Source: Lama guanicoe (Eukaryota). Taken from it: a DNA stretch of 64,000 nt. The stretch covers positions 741,379 to 805,378 of the forward strand of contig MU053754.1 of the NCBI GenBank assembly GCA_013239625.1, read 5' to 3'. Position numbers and translations under genes: made by a program. Position 1 is the first letter of the stretch, and each line of letters begins with the position of its first letter. Positions 1 to 12,569 of this stretch are shown in pieces. Below the pieces are notes generated by a model. The model was given only the letters and a program-made list of their open reading frames with translations, searched no databases and had not been told where the DNA came from.

Positions 1-2199
1 CATTTCCATCACTATGGCAGTTTCTGTGGGACAGCCCCCGGAAGGCTCTCTCCACCGTCCACCTCCAATAGCCAGTGAGCTTGGAAGGACTTCTGAGAGG
101 AGTAATTACTTTCTTCCTGACAAGTCGGCCTCCTCAACCTGCAGTTATTTTAAGGACGGTTTCCCCTTTTTTTTTTTTCCTTGACTCAGTAATATGAACT
201 GGACTAAATAATATTGCTGTCACAGTGTCTACATGTATCAATGGGATAAATTATTCCCCAGCATTCAGAGCTGTGTGGAGATCCTCTAAGAGGCAGGGAA
301 GCTGCGAATGGGAATATCGGCGTTGTCCTGTGCTGCACGTGAAGGGCTCTTTCTAAGGGGTATTTCAGTGCATTGTAAAAAAACAAGTATCTACATTTCC
401 CCTATGATTTCAGAGCGTTAGAGGAAACAGACGGATGGATGAGCAAAGCTTATGGTTCCCAGAGGACACTGTGTCTGCAGTTAACTTTTCTTATTGGTTT
501 TAAGTCATTTATTTACTTAGGTTTACTTGGCTTCCCTCACTTAGAGCGATTAGTGCCAAAGTACAGAAACATTAACAACAGTCGAGGCAAAATAGATGTA
601 ATTAGAGTAAAGGAAAGTAAGGCTAGAATGATGAGCCCAAGCTGGAGCTAAATGCTTGTTGTAATGGAGGCCATATAGCCGCATCCCGTTCCTAAAGGCC
701 AGAACCAAGGATGACTCCAGAAAGCACGGAGAGCTTGCATATCCCTCAAGCACTTCTCCATGAATATGAAAATCTGCAGCCTAGTTTTGGTGAGAATTTG
801 ACAGCAGAAAGTATGATGTTAGCTGGTGGTAAGAAAATAAGTTTGGAGTGTTTTAGCTTAACAGTTTAAGGGCAGTCTGTATGGCTTTGCCATCTTGGAC
901 ACAGAGCCACGTTGGCACATTCTTAAGAAAATTACGGAGCCTGGTTATGGAAACATAGACCTTTCAAAGTACATGCCTAGTTCATCGGCAGCCCATCAGA
1001 GAACTGGCTGACTGATCGCCTTCACACGATGTTCATATGGGAGAAGCTGTCATTTGTGATTGAATGATTTTATAATTTAATACCTAAATTCATATTATAA
1101 ATTAACTTTTCCCCAATGACCTATATTTGCCTACATACATAAATACTTATCATTGTCTTTCTATATTTAAGACTTGTTGTCCCTAGTAAGTGGACTCTTA
1201 AACAGCTAAGCTTGTTCATTCAGTTTAAAGTGTATTTTTATGGCTGTGGACCAGAGCAAAGTTAGCTGCCCACCTGGACTTTTAACCTCCCGTCGACCTT
1301 GTTAGCATAGTGTCATAACTGACCTACCTAAACCTGCAGCAGACAGGAGACTCTGCCTTGTACTGTTATTTGATCTCCATGTGTAACTTATCTGTCAGTG
1401 CAATTTACATACCAGTCGTGGCTTCTCTTTCAAACAAAGCAGTGGCTTTGATAATTTGGGTCAAATTTTATTTTTCCTGTTAACTCGATAATTACCTTCT
1501 TCTCTGTTTTAAGTCTGCAGTCAAGTGTGGATGCTAAACTCTAGGACTAATAAGTTACAGACAACTTGCATGAAATCCTTCGCTTTCTTGTCTAGAGATC
1601 CTCAACATGAGTGCAGCTGAAAACTGCCTTGAGGGAGGAATTAAGAACAGGAACTCATTCGCTGTTTTGCAAAATCTAAAGTGAGCGTAGGGCACAAGAA
1701 GTTAAATTTACATTAAAGTAAGACTTTTTCTTCCTCATCAGATTAGTCTAACTCACTAGTTCAAATTATAAAACCACATGATTTAAAACTTCAAGCACAT
1801 GACATTTCTAAACATGTAAATTAAAACTAGGGATTTTTTTTTCTTAAGAAAAGGGAACATTGCTTTCTGTGTAAGTATCAGCAAATTGGCTGGTACATTT
1901 AATAAAAAGTCATACATCATTTTTAACATTCAGCAAAGCTGCTTTAAAGGGCATCCAAGATAAAACTACTGACTCAGAAGCACGCAGTGCACTGGAGTTA
2001 TAAAATGTCACTTCAAGGACCAAGAGTCTAAGTTTTAAGTGAATGTGATTTTTCAAGCTCTGCTGATTTTTCCAAGGGACAGCAATATATTAAAATAAAA
2101 CTGTAGTTTAATCCAACAACAATATTCTTCTTTTCCACTTTGGTAGAAACACCTAGTTTAGAAGGCACATTCTGTAGTTTTTGGACTGATTTCTGTTGT

Positions 2200-2640
2200 G
2201 GGACAGAGCAGGGTGGCATGGTGATACACAGGTTGGTGAAAGAATTTATCAGAGATGAAGTATGAGAGTAGAAAAGGAGTTTTGTAGGTTATGCTGCCAT
2301 AGACCACAGCGGGCCACACAGATGAGGGGTGCCTGTGAGCCCCGAGGGCTGGTTGTTGGGCTGTTGTATAAGGTCGGTTCACAAGGTGTCTGATCAGCTT
2401 GTGTGCAAGTCTCTGATTGCTTGTAGGTGAGGTAAGTGGTTTAGGTGAAGGGGCAGGATTTCTGACTCTGATAAGGTGGGCTGAAACTAGCCAGCCTGAG
2501 CTATTGTGAGATTAGGCATTATCTGGGGCTGTTATTTTGTTAGGAGAAACACGCCCAGGAAAGAATATGCTTTATCTGTTGAGGGATCACAGGCATACGT
2601 CTGAGAGCCCAGAAATGGGAGCCATTGGACTTGGAAGGAT
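2200..2640 (-). mobile_element. Possible very old solo LTR remnant (family uncertain)
   Basis: GC-richer block whose reverse strand (ctcacaggcacccctcatctgtgtggcccgctgtgg) recalls ancient eutherian LTRs; no termini or TSD resolved. Confidence 0.25.
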
Positions 2641-3221
2641 GTCAGTTGGTCCAAAAATTTCTTCATCAGTACTGGGCAGACTAGTTGACCTTTGTCACTC
2701 GAGAACCTAAAATCATGTAATTTAAAGAAGTGTGTTTTTAAGATGCCAGGTGAAACCGGGAACTTTGTAAATGTAATTACATAGCCATGATACTTTTTTA
2801 AAAATGATAAAAAAAAAACCCAATTTTTCTAACCAGTAAGGTATGGTATGAGTTGATCATAATCAATTTGACATGTATAAATAGCATTTTATGTTGCAAA
2901 ACAAACAGCTGTTAGTACATTTCTGGTCAGAGTACTTTCATAAACACTTTGTGATATTTTATCTCAGGTCTTTCAGTGTGGATTGCAGCAAAGTCACATT
3001 AATCATACGAGTGGAAATAATTTTGATTTCCTTTTTGTACCTCATCAAGAGCTGGTGTTGCTATCTGCTTTAACACTGATTACTTCATGTCTTTGAGCAA
3101 ATAACTTTTGGCCTTGGTTTTGTCTGGGAAATGAGCTGTTTGAGCTGAAGGCTTTCTGAGGTATTTTGACTCTTAAAAACTCTGGAATTCTAAATGTTAG
3201 CTGGAAATTAGTGTTTAAAAC

Positions 3222-3802
3222 TCTTGTTGGCAAGGAGGTTCTTGACTCACCCCGAAAGAATTCAGAAACGAGACCTGGAGGTCAAGAAAGCAAAGCACTT
3301 TCAAAGGCTGGGCGGGCAGACCCAGGTGGGTAGCTGCCCCGAGTTTCTCTGGCAAGCTGGTTGTATGGGTGTAAAAACGAATGGGCAGAATGTTCAGTGG
3401 TGGGGAGGGGTGTGGGGTTGTCTTTCCTGATCTTCATCCCAGCTCCACCTTCCCAGGTGGGGAGGAGGGATTTTTTTGTCCTTATTTAGTCTTGATCAGG
3501 AAGTCAGATGAGGTCACAATGAACAAAAGGTTACGTTCAGTGGGGGTATCATAAGCAAAAGGTTACCTTCGGATGGAGATCATAATGATCAAAAGGTTGC
3601 ATTCGGATGGTGGAGATTCCTGTCTTGTCCCACCTGTCTTTGCCTGCAGGACACTCATCAACCCAGAATGTGTGGTTACTTACCAGTCCAGGGGTTCCTG
3701 CTTTTCTTGGTCTTCTCAAGGACCCCCGTTGTTCACAAGATATATGATTTGGCCTGGGTTCCTCTTTCTCTGTTCATAGCTAGCCACCTGCCTGCTCTAA
3801 CA
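3222..3802 (-). mobile_element. ERV1-class solo LTR, about 580 bp
   Basis: Minus strand begins TGTTAGAGCAGGCAGGTGGCTAG and ends CCAACAAGA (decayed CA terminus). The 4-bp TSD AAAC lies at 3218-3221 and 3803-3806, the typical ERV1 length. Internal repeats of about 33 bp. Confidence 0.8.
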
Positions 3803-4033
3803 AAACCATGGCCAGTAGGACTTAATACAGTGTGACAGTAATTCCCCCATTTACTCAGTGCAGAACTGCACTGAAGTAACCCTGTTGGTGTGACAGTGGG
3901 GCAGAGAGAAGCACAAATGAACGCGTCTGGAATGAAGTGGACAATGAAATTGTTACTGTGTTGTAGAGTCTGCCAGGCAGTGACGTAGACGTGGAAGAGG
4001 GGAGATGGATGCAAACTATGGAGACTCATTCCT

Positions 4034-4682
4034 TTTTTTTTTTTTTAATGACACCTTTAGTGTGGTATAATTCCTGTACAGTGAACCACATATATTTCAG
4101 GTTTACAATTGGATGAATTTTGATAGAAGCTGCCACCACAATCAAGGTAGCTAATATTTCTATCACTCCCCAAGAGGTACAATTTTCGAATTCCCAGTTT
4201 ATCCTTTCCCACTCTCTCTCTCTCTGGTAAGCATAAGTTTGTTTTCTGTGTCTATGAGTCTGTTTCTGTTTTGTAAGTAAGTTTGTCTTTTTTTGTTTTT
4301 AAGATTCTGCATGTAAGTGATCATTTTTCTTTCTCTTTCTAACTTCATTTAGAATGACAATCTCTAGGTGCATCCATGTTGCTGCAAATGACATTACTGT
4401 ATTCTTTTTCTTTATGGATGAGTGGTATTCCATGGTGTGTGTATGTATGTATATACATACGTGTGTGTGTGTGTGTATGTATGTATATATACCCCCCCAA
4501 CATTTCTCTATTCAGTCATCTGTTGATGGACGTTGGACATTTGGGTCATTTCCATGTCTTGGCTGTTACACATAGTGTTGCTGTGAACATTGGGGTACAA
4601 GTGTCTTTTCAAATTACCTTACTCTGGATATATGCCCAGGAGTGGGATTGCACATGGTAAGTCTGTTTTTAGTTTTTTGAGG
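4034..4682 (-). mobile_element. Composite L1 insertion: artiodactyl-type L1 ORF2 end/3'UTR (about 4178-4682) joined to an older L1M-type 3' end (about 4050-4175) and poly(A)
   Basis: Poly-T at 4033-4046; young L1 motifs (catccatgttgctgcaaatg, gtgaacattggggtacaagtgtcttttcaaatta); degenerate TSD atggagactcattcct (4018-4033) / atggtgatttattctt (4683-4698). Confidence 0.8.
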
Positions 4683-5389
4683 ATGGTGATTTATTCTTGA
4701 TTGTTTTTCGAAGAGGCACCAATTGGTTGGGGCCAAGTGCTGAGAAGCTTTGAATGTTGACTTCAAGTTTCAGTCCATCTTCATAACTTTAGGGGAGCCG
4801 TGTCATGGTTAGCGAGAGGGGATGAAGTGCAGAGCCCTGTGCTTTAGGGAGTGGGTGGCAGTAGAACTGTTTAGATTGAATTGAGGCAGCGGATGACGGG
4901 GCTGATTCCTGTGGAGGTGGAAGCAGACAAGTCAGAGGTCCCAGGGAAGGATGTCCAGGCTCCAGTTGGTTTCACTCTCCCCAGTTACTTGGTCGCATGA
5001 CCGCACTCTCATTTTCTGTGATGACATTTCTCCCTCTTTGGCTCTTCCATCTCAACCTTCTTTTTAGAGGGTACATCCTTACAAAGTTCTATGATAGTGC
5101 TCTCACCAGAGTGGCATTCTCAGCTACGTTTTTACTCTTAAGACCCTGGAAAAATATTCCATTATTTTCCAGTGATAGGAACTTTCTCCCAAATCTCCAT
5201 CATCTCCAATAGCAAATACACAGGAATGACTGATACCCCACAAACGCCTAACTCTGTCACGAAACTCTCTAGCTTCCTTATATGACCCAGAGTCCCACTC
5301 CTGTGCATCCTTATAACCTAGAAACTGTTAAACTACTTCTACCAAGGGTCCCTTGAATTAAAGATTCTCAAAATTCAATTATTTCCCTC

Positions 5390-5900
5390 ATATCTGTGCT
5401 TCCTTCCACCTTCATCTCCTCAGTTAAAAGCAACACCATTACATAATGGGTCAAGCTCCAAATCTTGCCCACACTTTCTGTCTTCCCACTTATATTTAAT
5501 AAATTAGTGCTTAATCACATTTCAGCTCCTGAAGACTCAACCTCCTTGTCATTTCTGTAAGCCGTCTCTTCATTCCACCAGCTGTTGCTTTTTTGATTTG
5601 ATTATTGCATCTTCCTACATCTTTAAACTACCCCACACCAAACCGTGCTGCAGAGAACTGTTGCGACTAGCAGCCCAAAGAAAGCAATTACGTAAATCCC
5701 TTACTTCAGTTCTTTCAGTGGCTCCTCATAAGCATTAAGGCAAAATCGAACTTATGTAGCACTGTTGGAAAAAACCTTTTATAATTCCGTCCCTGCCAGC
5801 CTCTAAATTCCCACCTGTCCTGCTGGCCCTCTGTAGCCAGGTGTTCTGCTCATTCTGAATGACCTGCAGTTTCCCCCATCTGCTGGTCCATGCTGAGTTT
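5390..5900 (+). mobile_element. L2 LINE fragment
   Basis: Pyrimidine-rich, with L2-like phrases (ctttcagtggctcctcataagcattaaggcaaaatc); highly diverged. Confidence 0.5.
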
Positions 5901-6339
5901 CAGATCCCCACCCAAGTCCTGCTCCCCCTGGGTAGTTTCCTTAGGTTCACAGACATCCAGATGTACGCCAGTATTGCCCTACACGTATCTCCGTCAAGCA
6001 TTTGTACCAGTGTTCATAACTGTATTTACTTGGCTTTACCATCTGCTCTTTCTTACATGCTAAAGCTCTTCTTCATGTAGAAACTGTACTGATACGGCGC
6101 CCCTTTTTTGACTCTCAATACTTGTGTATGAACACACACACACAGAAGGAACAGCCCGAGAGAATGTAGTAAAGCTGAGCGGGTGATGTTAGAGTGGATG
6201 TGAAGTAAAGAGAGCACTAGACAGACTGACACCTGGCTCCTTGGAAGTCAAAGGAGGGAAGTCGCAGTGATGGAAGTGTATGTCTTTTGGGGCTGGGGGG
6301 GTGAATGTTTAGTGGTGCTTGTGATCACGGTGTGCTCCA

Positions 6340-7100
6340 GGAAGAGTGATACATTTGAATGTGTGAGTAGGAATTCTCTATCCAGTAAAATGCATGTGAG
6401 CCATCTGGGGTCCATCTGTTCGGAGATGTCCAGGTGGCAGCTGCAGAGAGAAATCTGGAAGGAAAGTAGGAGATGTAAAGGAGGAAGTTACTGGCCTGGA
6501 GATGTAGTTGTAGCCGTGGTCGACCGTAGGTGATGCTGCCGAGAGTTTAGAGTGGAAAGGTGATGGCTGATGATAAGCCCTGAATAGATGTCATCACTCA
6601 GGGGCAGGGCGGGTGGGAGGGAGAAGACCCAGTTGGGAAGATTTAGAAAGCGCAGTCACACGGAAAGAGAGAGCTGGCAAGTTGGAGAACAACAGAAATC
6701 AAGAAGTGTGGTCTGTGGTTTTGAATGCAGCAAAACTGATCAGGTTCAGCAAGGTATCAAAAAAAAAAAAAAATCGCCTGCTGAAGCAAATGTAGTTTCA
6801 GTTCTACAGCAGAGGTAAAATCAGTTTTGCAAGAAGCTGAAAGTGTCAGAGATTATCAATGTGATTTCACAATATTATTTTTTCCTTGAAGGGAAGAGGA
6901 GTGAGTGCAAAAATTTAAGAAAAATTGGAACTGAGGTGGGGTTCTTTCAATGCAGAAAAGTTGAGCATGTCTTCAAATCTTGCGGGGGGGGTAGTTAGTA
7001 ATAGAAGAATAGAAACTGAGGCTGAAGGAGGGAAGTCAGATTGTAAATAGGGCAAAATTCCAGACGTGCTTGAAGCACCTGGAAAGGAGGGAACAGGAAC
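6340..7100 (-). mobile_element. L2 LINE fragment(s)
   Basis: Purine-rich antisense L2-like phrases (ggagatgtccaggtggcagctg; gaatgcagcaaaactgatcaggttcagcaag). Confidence 0.45.
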
Positions 7101-8639
7101 GAGGTGGAGGTTCTGTGTTGATACGGAGAAGGGCTGCGAATTGCGCTCAGTTATGAATGAAGGGGTAACAACACAGGGAACATCTGAGATGGAAGGGGTG
7201 ATAACCAGTGACGTTGTGCTGGGTGACAAGCATAGATAGCATTAAAGCACAAAATGCAAAATACGAAAAGTCTTGTTTCTTATGACTGAGGGACCCGTGT
7301 GAAAAACAGTGGTCTCAGGAATAAAACAGAATTAGTTTTCTATGTAAGACTGAATGCTGATGATTAGCGTTGCCTATTCATTAATTGATGCAGTGATACA
7401 AAAATTGTGAATTACTGGGCCATGAAATAAGCCATAAAACAACATATGCGCACTTAATTCAGTATTACAAGGAAATGCTGATAAATATTAGATCACTTCA
7501 AGCACATTGTTAATATATTCCACTTGATATGTTTAGAGCAAGCAAGAGCAGGGGAAAATTGACACCATTTCTATAATAAAGAGATGTTCATACAGTATTG
7601 CACTTTTTGAAAAAGTAGAACTAGGTAAAGTGATTTTACTTTGATGTTAAAAAGTGTTGGCATATTCTTAGGCATTCAGTGTCTAAATATTTTGATTCAG
7701 TATCGCTAATTTAAAGGAATAATCGTAAGTGAGGACAGTAATGAGATTCAGCTCTTCATTAGAAACGAAATCAGTAATGTTTTGCACCATATAAACCTAA
7801 CGTGCAAAGAGCAGTTAATGACAACACAGCCTAGGTCACTGCTGACTAGAAACGTGCGGTGTGTGCTGGCATTCTGCAAAGGAACAGCAAAAACACATCA
7901 AAGTACAGAGTTTACAGTATGAAAAGCACAGCTTAACAGCATTTGAACACATCAGTGAAATGCTTCTTTCTGTCAGATCAGAGGACAGTGAGTAGGGTCC
8001 TTACTGTTTTTGAGCAAGTGGTTACCTATTTCTACTGCGGGAAAAAAAAGGTCTTTTAAACACATGGAGTAATTTCATTCATCTAAAATATTCCGTTTAT
8101 AGCAATTACATTTCTAAAAGTATCCTTGTGGGGTTACACTACAAGTGGAAATGTTTTAGACATGTTTATGGTTTCATTCATAAGCAGAGACATACAATTT
8201 TCTTTTCCAAATTATCAAATCACATTAGAGGGTCTTAAAAATTTAGAAACCCGTATTACATATGTTATAATCCAATACCTGCATTTTGTAGATTTAAGAA
8301 ACGGAGACTCATCAAAATAAAGGGCTTGACCACTGTGGTAATTCAATAAACAAGGTGAAAATACACTACTTTCCACAATTCTGTCTCTAGTTTTGAAGTA
8401 TAATAGGTTACTGGTGTTTATGTATCAGTTCCATGCTAAAGTGTACTGTCTACATTCATTCTTTGATTTACTCATTGAGGCGTTGTTTTTATATTTCTTT
8501 CTCTGTTTGAACATGATGTTAAGTTCACATTGTATCTTGGGTTGGGAGAATGTGCTTCATTGTTATTTGATTATTTCAAATCAAGTGGATGTGATTCGTT
8601 ATTAATATCTGCCTCATTAAATTTTGTAGGAGGAGAACA

Positions 8640-8850
8640 GTCATTAATACTTATGAGCACCTACCATGTGCTTATTAATCCTATTCCTTAAATTATGCAA
8701 TTAAATACTGTGTCCCAGTTTTTCATATCAGAAGACCAAATCTCAAAGAAGATGAGTTATTTACCAAAATTTCTAGCCAGGAAAAGAAGAAACGAATAAG
8801 ATTAAAAATCAGGTCTATGTGATTTCATAGTCAGTCTTCTTTCTCCTATC
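8640..8850 (-). mobile_element. MIR SINE fragment
   Basis: cttatgagcacctaccatgtgc ... cccagtttttcatatcagaagacc ... gagttatttaccaaaa resembles the antisense MIR core. Confidence 0.5.
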
Positions 8851-8899
8851 CTCTGGAGTTTATTAAATTTTAACTATCTTGAAAGATAAAAGTGTATGA

Positions 8900-10120
8900 G
8901 ATTAGAACCGTTCAGGCGCCAGGAAAGTGAAGACAGTCATTAACTCCAGGCTTTATTAACATAAGCATGCAGGGTAAGTCCCATGAAATAGCCACTAAAA
9001 TAATTTAAATAAAACACAATAAATGGTCAGGAAGTCAAGAAGAAGAGAAGGAAAAGACAGAGAGAAATTGCCAATAATAGTATGGTCTTAGGCGCAAGAT
9101 GTCAGTTACCAGAATAAATGTACACATCTGCACAAAGGGATGAACAACACTAGACGTAGTAATTCCACAGGTAAACAGGTAATATTTTTCATTATTTAAA
9201 CGTATTTAACATCTTAGTAGATTGTTTTAACTAAAACGATAAGAATAAATTGTGAGGTTTTTAACCCCTGTAAAAGTAAAACACATGAAAACAGCGTAAG
9301 TTGCAGGATAGGAAATGGAAGTGAACTATTTTAAGGTCCATGTACTAAATGTGAAGTGATATCATATCGTTAAAGATAGATGATCATAAGTTAATGATGT
9401 ATCAAATGTGAATCTACGGCAACCAGTCAAATGAGAAAAGGTTTTAGCTAATACCCTGAAAAGGAGGTAAAAGGGAATCATAACAATAGTTAAGCTAAAA
9501 TAAAGAGGGTAAAGAACAAGGAATAGACAGGACTGACAGACAGCAAGTAGCAGGATGGTAACCTCACCCCTCAGCATAGCAGTAATCACATTAAATAGAA
9601 ATGGTTGCTCAGTTGCAGACATTTCTCAAAATTCTTTGAACACTGAACTTAAGATGTGGGAACTTTATCATACTAGATGATCCAGTTTTAAACACGATAG
9701 CACAAAAGAAAAACTCCGCAGGCTGAGAGCCAATGTTTACAGTACAGACGGTCTACAACAGATGATTCTTCAAAATGGGTAAGTAACTTCCACAAATCAA
9801 CAAGAATTCAAACAGAATGAGGGGAAAGTAAGATCACTGAGAAAGCGATTCATAGAGAAAGAAACACAAATCGCTAATAAATACAAGACAAGACGCCCAT
9901 TCTCATTATTAATGGTAAAAATGCTAATGAAGACTGTGATAGATACCACTTGCCATTCATCTGACTGGCCAAAGCCTGGCTGTCTGAGGAGTCTGAGACG
10001 GGGTGTGGAATGATGAGACACCATTGCCTGGGGCTGGGGGGAAGTATTCATTGCACTCCGTAAGAAATGTTGAGCTACCTAATACATTTGAACAATGCAT
10101 AATGTGCAACGAATTTCATT
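8900..10120 (+). mobile_element. Ancient L1M fragments (inter-ORF region, ORF2 start and an ORF2 3' remnant)
   Basis: A-rich; gcagtaatcacattaaatagaaatggtt near 9580 recalls the ORF2 N-terminal ITLNVNG motif; 9840-9960 recalls the ORF2 C-terminal region. Confidence 0.55.
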
Positions 10121-10741
10121 CTGCTCCTTAAATTCAGTGAATTGGAAGATACCAGTGAACCCAGGAAGACCCTTGATTGGACCTTAAAATGGAGCCCAGA
10201 GTCAGATTGGAGTAGGTGGTAGAAGGGAGGACGTGCAGGTCTGGAATATATGGTATTCAGTAATGTGTTAATTGGAATAAGTGAAGCACTTTGTGAAGTT
10301 TTGTTGATGCTATGATTGTGATGGGAACAGCCACAAGGAGTGGTAATGTCCCTGTGTGTATGGCAGGTGGGGCAGGGCAGGTTATGGCTGATGTATCCTC
10401 TTTTGATCCTGGAGATAAAAGAAAATTATCAGGAATGTGTTGGAGGAAAGATGTTGAGGTCCAACCTGGAAAATCTATAATCTCACATAAAATAATCTTA
10501 TGATAACGTATTTTCACAAATGTGAAGATGGCCAGGCTGCCAGGTAAACCAGCCTTCTTGGTGAATAACTTAAGTGCATATGCCTCCACAGAGATATCAG
10601 TATTTAAACTGTGGCCTGAAAATGTTTACACAACACACACAAGGATATTTGTAAGAATGTGAGCAAAAGCAGATGAATGTTGGAAATCTTTTGAAATCTC
10701 TCTATCGTGAAGAAAGTGGGTGGATGAGCTGTCAACATGCC

Positions 10742-11246
10742 AGAAAGCTGTGATATACGTATGAAGTGGAATACTACTCACCCATAAAAAAGAATGAAAT
10801 AATGCCATTTGCAGCAACATGGATGGACCTGGAGATTACCATACTAAGTGAAGTCAGTCAGACAGAGAAACAAAAATACTGTATGATGTCATTTATATGT
10901 GGAATTTTTTTAATGATTAAAAAAAGACAGAAATGAACTTACTTACAAAACAGAGAAAGACTCACAGACGTAGAAAACAAACTTACGATTACCAGTGGGG
11001 AAAGGGGGTGATAGAGGATAAATTGGGAGTTCAAGATTTGCAGATACTAACTGCAGTATATAGAATAAATAACAGAGTTCTGCTGTATAGCAGAGGGAAC
11101 TATATTCAGTACCTTGTAGTGGCCTATACAGAGAAAGAATATGAATAGGAATATAAATATATGTATGTATAAATGAATCACTATGCTGTACACCAGAAAT
11201 TAACACAGCATTGTAAGTTGACTCTACTTCAGTTAGAAAAAAAAAA
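10742..11246 (+). mobile_element. 5'-truncated artiodactyl/camelid L1 3' end
   Basis: ggaatactactcacccataaaaaagaatgaaataatgccatttgcagcaacatggatggacctggag (ORF2 end), full 3'UTR ending tgctgtacaccagaaattaacacagcattgtaagttgactctacttca, then an A-tail. Confidence 0.92.
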
Positions 11247-12249
11247 TAACACTTGAGCAGAATCCACCCAGTAGTTGTCATATCACAACCTGAAACTGAC
11301 TGACGGAACTGTTCAGTGTTTGCTACTTGGACAACTGTGGTTGAAATTTTTAAGAAGAAAGTCATGATCAATGAAAAGACTATATTTTTACAACTTATCA
11401 CTGTTTAATTTCAAGGGAAAGTTTTGTAGGCCTTATTTTTGTCTTAAAACCATACACAAAAATTGAACTCAAATAAATGTTTTTAGAGATTGAAGAAGCT
11501 GCCTATTCCATTAAATGGTTCCACTCACTTACATATTGTCAATGTGCTGTTTTCAGTTGAAAACTAGTACTTGAATTTTTTTAAAAGGCAGTTATATGAA
11601 GATAATGAACATGATGTGAAACTAAATGACCTAGATTTGATTTTCTTTTTTAGTTTTTATAATTTTCACTTTCTCTCTAAAGTTATGCAAAAGTGTCCTT
11701 GAGTGATAAATTCTACGTCTTATATTGTCTGGAAAAATATATTTTCATTCAAGTCTTAACATGAATGCAGTATTGCTGGTAACAAGAATAATTAAGAGAT
11801 GTGTATGGTGATAAAATGCAAGTGCTTAAAATAAAAGGTGTTCATAAGTAGTTGCATTCTGATATCTAGGGTTATATAATAACTTTCGTATAAGTTTCAT
11901 TTTTAGAAGATTAAAAGTTTGAAGCATTTCAGAATGAGAGCTAGTACTTATGTTTGCAGGTTAGGTGAGGTAGATGGAGGTGACAAAGAGCAAAGCGTTA
12001 TCGCATCCACTTGGGTAGTTAAAACCTCTGCTGAAATCAGTAAATGTCCTTTACAGATCCCTCCAGTTAAGTACTAGTCTGTTCCATAAAGTACCCAAAG
12101 GAAAAGATAAAAATTGGACTTTTCCTTTTAACTTTTACCCCAGAGGTCTGTCCTAGGAGAACGGGTGAAGTTGACACCAGTACTTTTGAATGTTAGTAAA
12201 TATTTCATGAAGTGTAAAGTTTAGAATTAAAAACTGATCACACAGTCAA

Positions 12250-12379
12250 GGGAGGACAGTATAGCTCAAGTGGCAGAGCACATACTTAGCATGCACGAGG
12301 TCCAGGGTTCAATCCCAGTACTTCCTCTAAAAATAAATAAACCTAATCACCCCCCCCCGAGATAAAATGGAAAAAAAAA
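12250..12379 (+). mobile_element. tRNA-Ala-derived SINE (Vic-1 type)
   Basis: tRNA-like head (A box tagctcaagtgg, cttagcatgcacgagg, B box ggttcaatccc), tail aaataaataaacctaatcacccccc, A-run; degenerate TSD ctgatcacacagtcaa / ctaatcacacgttcaa. Confidence 0.9.
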
Positions 12380-12569
12380 CCCTAATCACACGTTCAAACA
12401 TTTTATTTGAAAACATCCGTTTTTTCTTGTCATATTATATAGGATTACCCTTGTTTCTATGAGTTGAAGAAAATTGAGGGGTTTATCCTCTAATAGGACC
12501 AAGTGCATGAAAAGCGATACAAGACAAGGAAGTAAATATGTATATATTATTGTATGTAATTATATGTGT

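Noticed and set aside
3524..3618. CRISPR-like repeat array
   Set aside because: Units are adjacent with no unique spacers, sit within a retroviral LTR, and there are no cas genes in this mammalian DNA.
10717..11270. Inverted repeat tgggtggat / atccaccca flanking the L1
   Set aside because: Only 9 bp match perfectly and extension is poor; likely chance.
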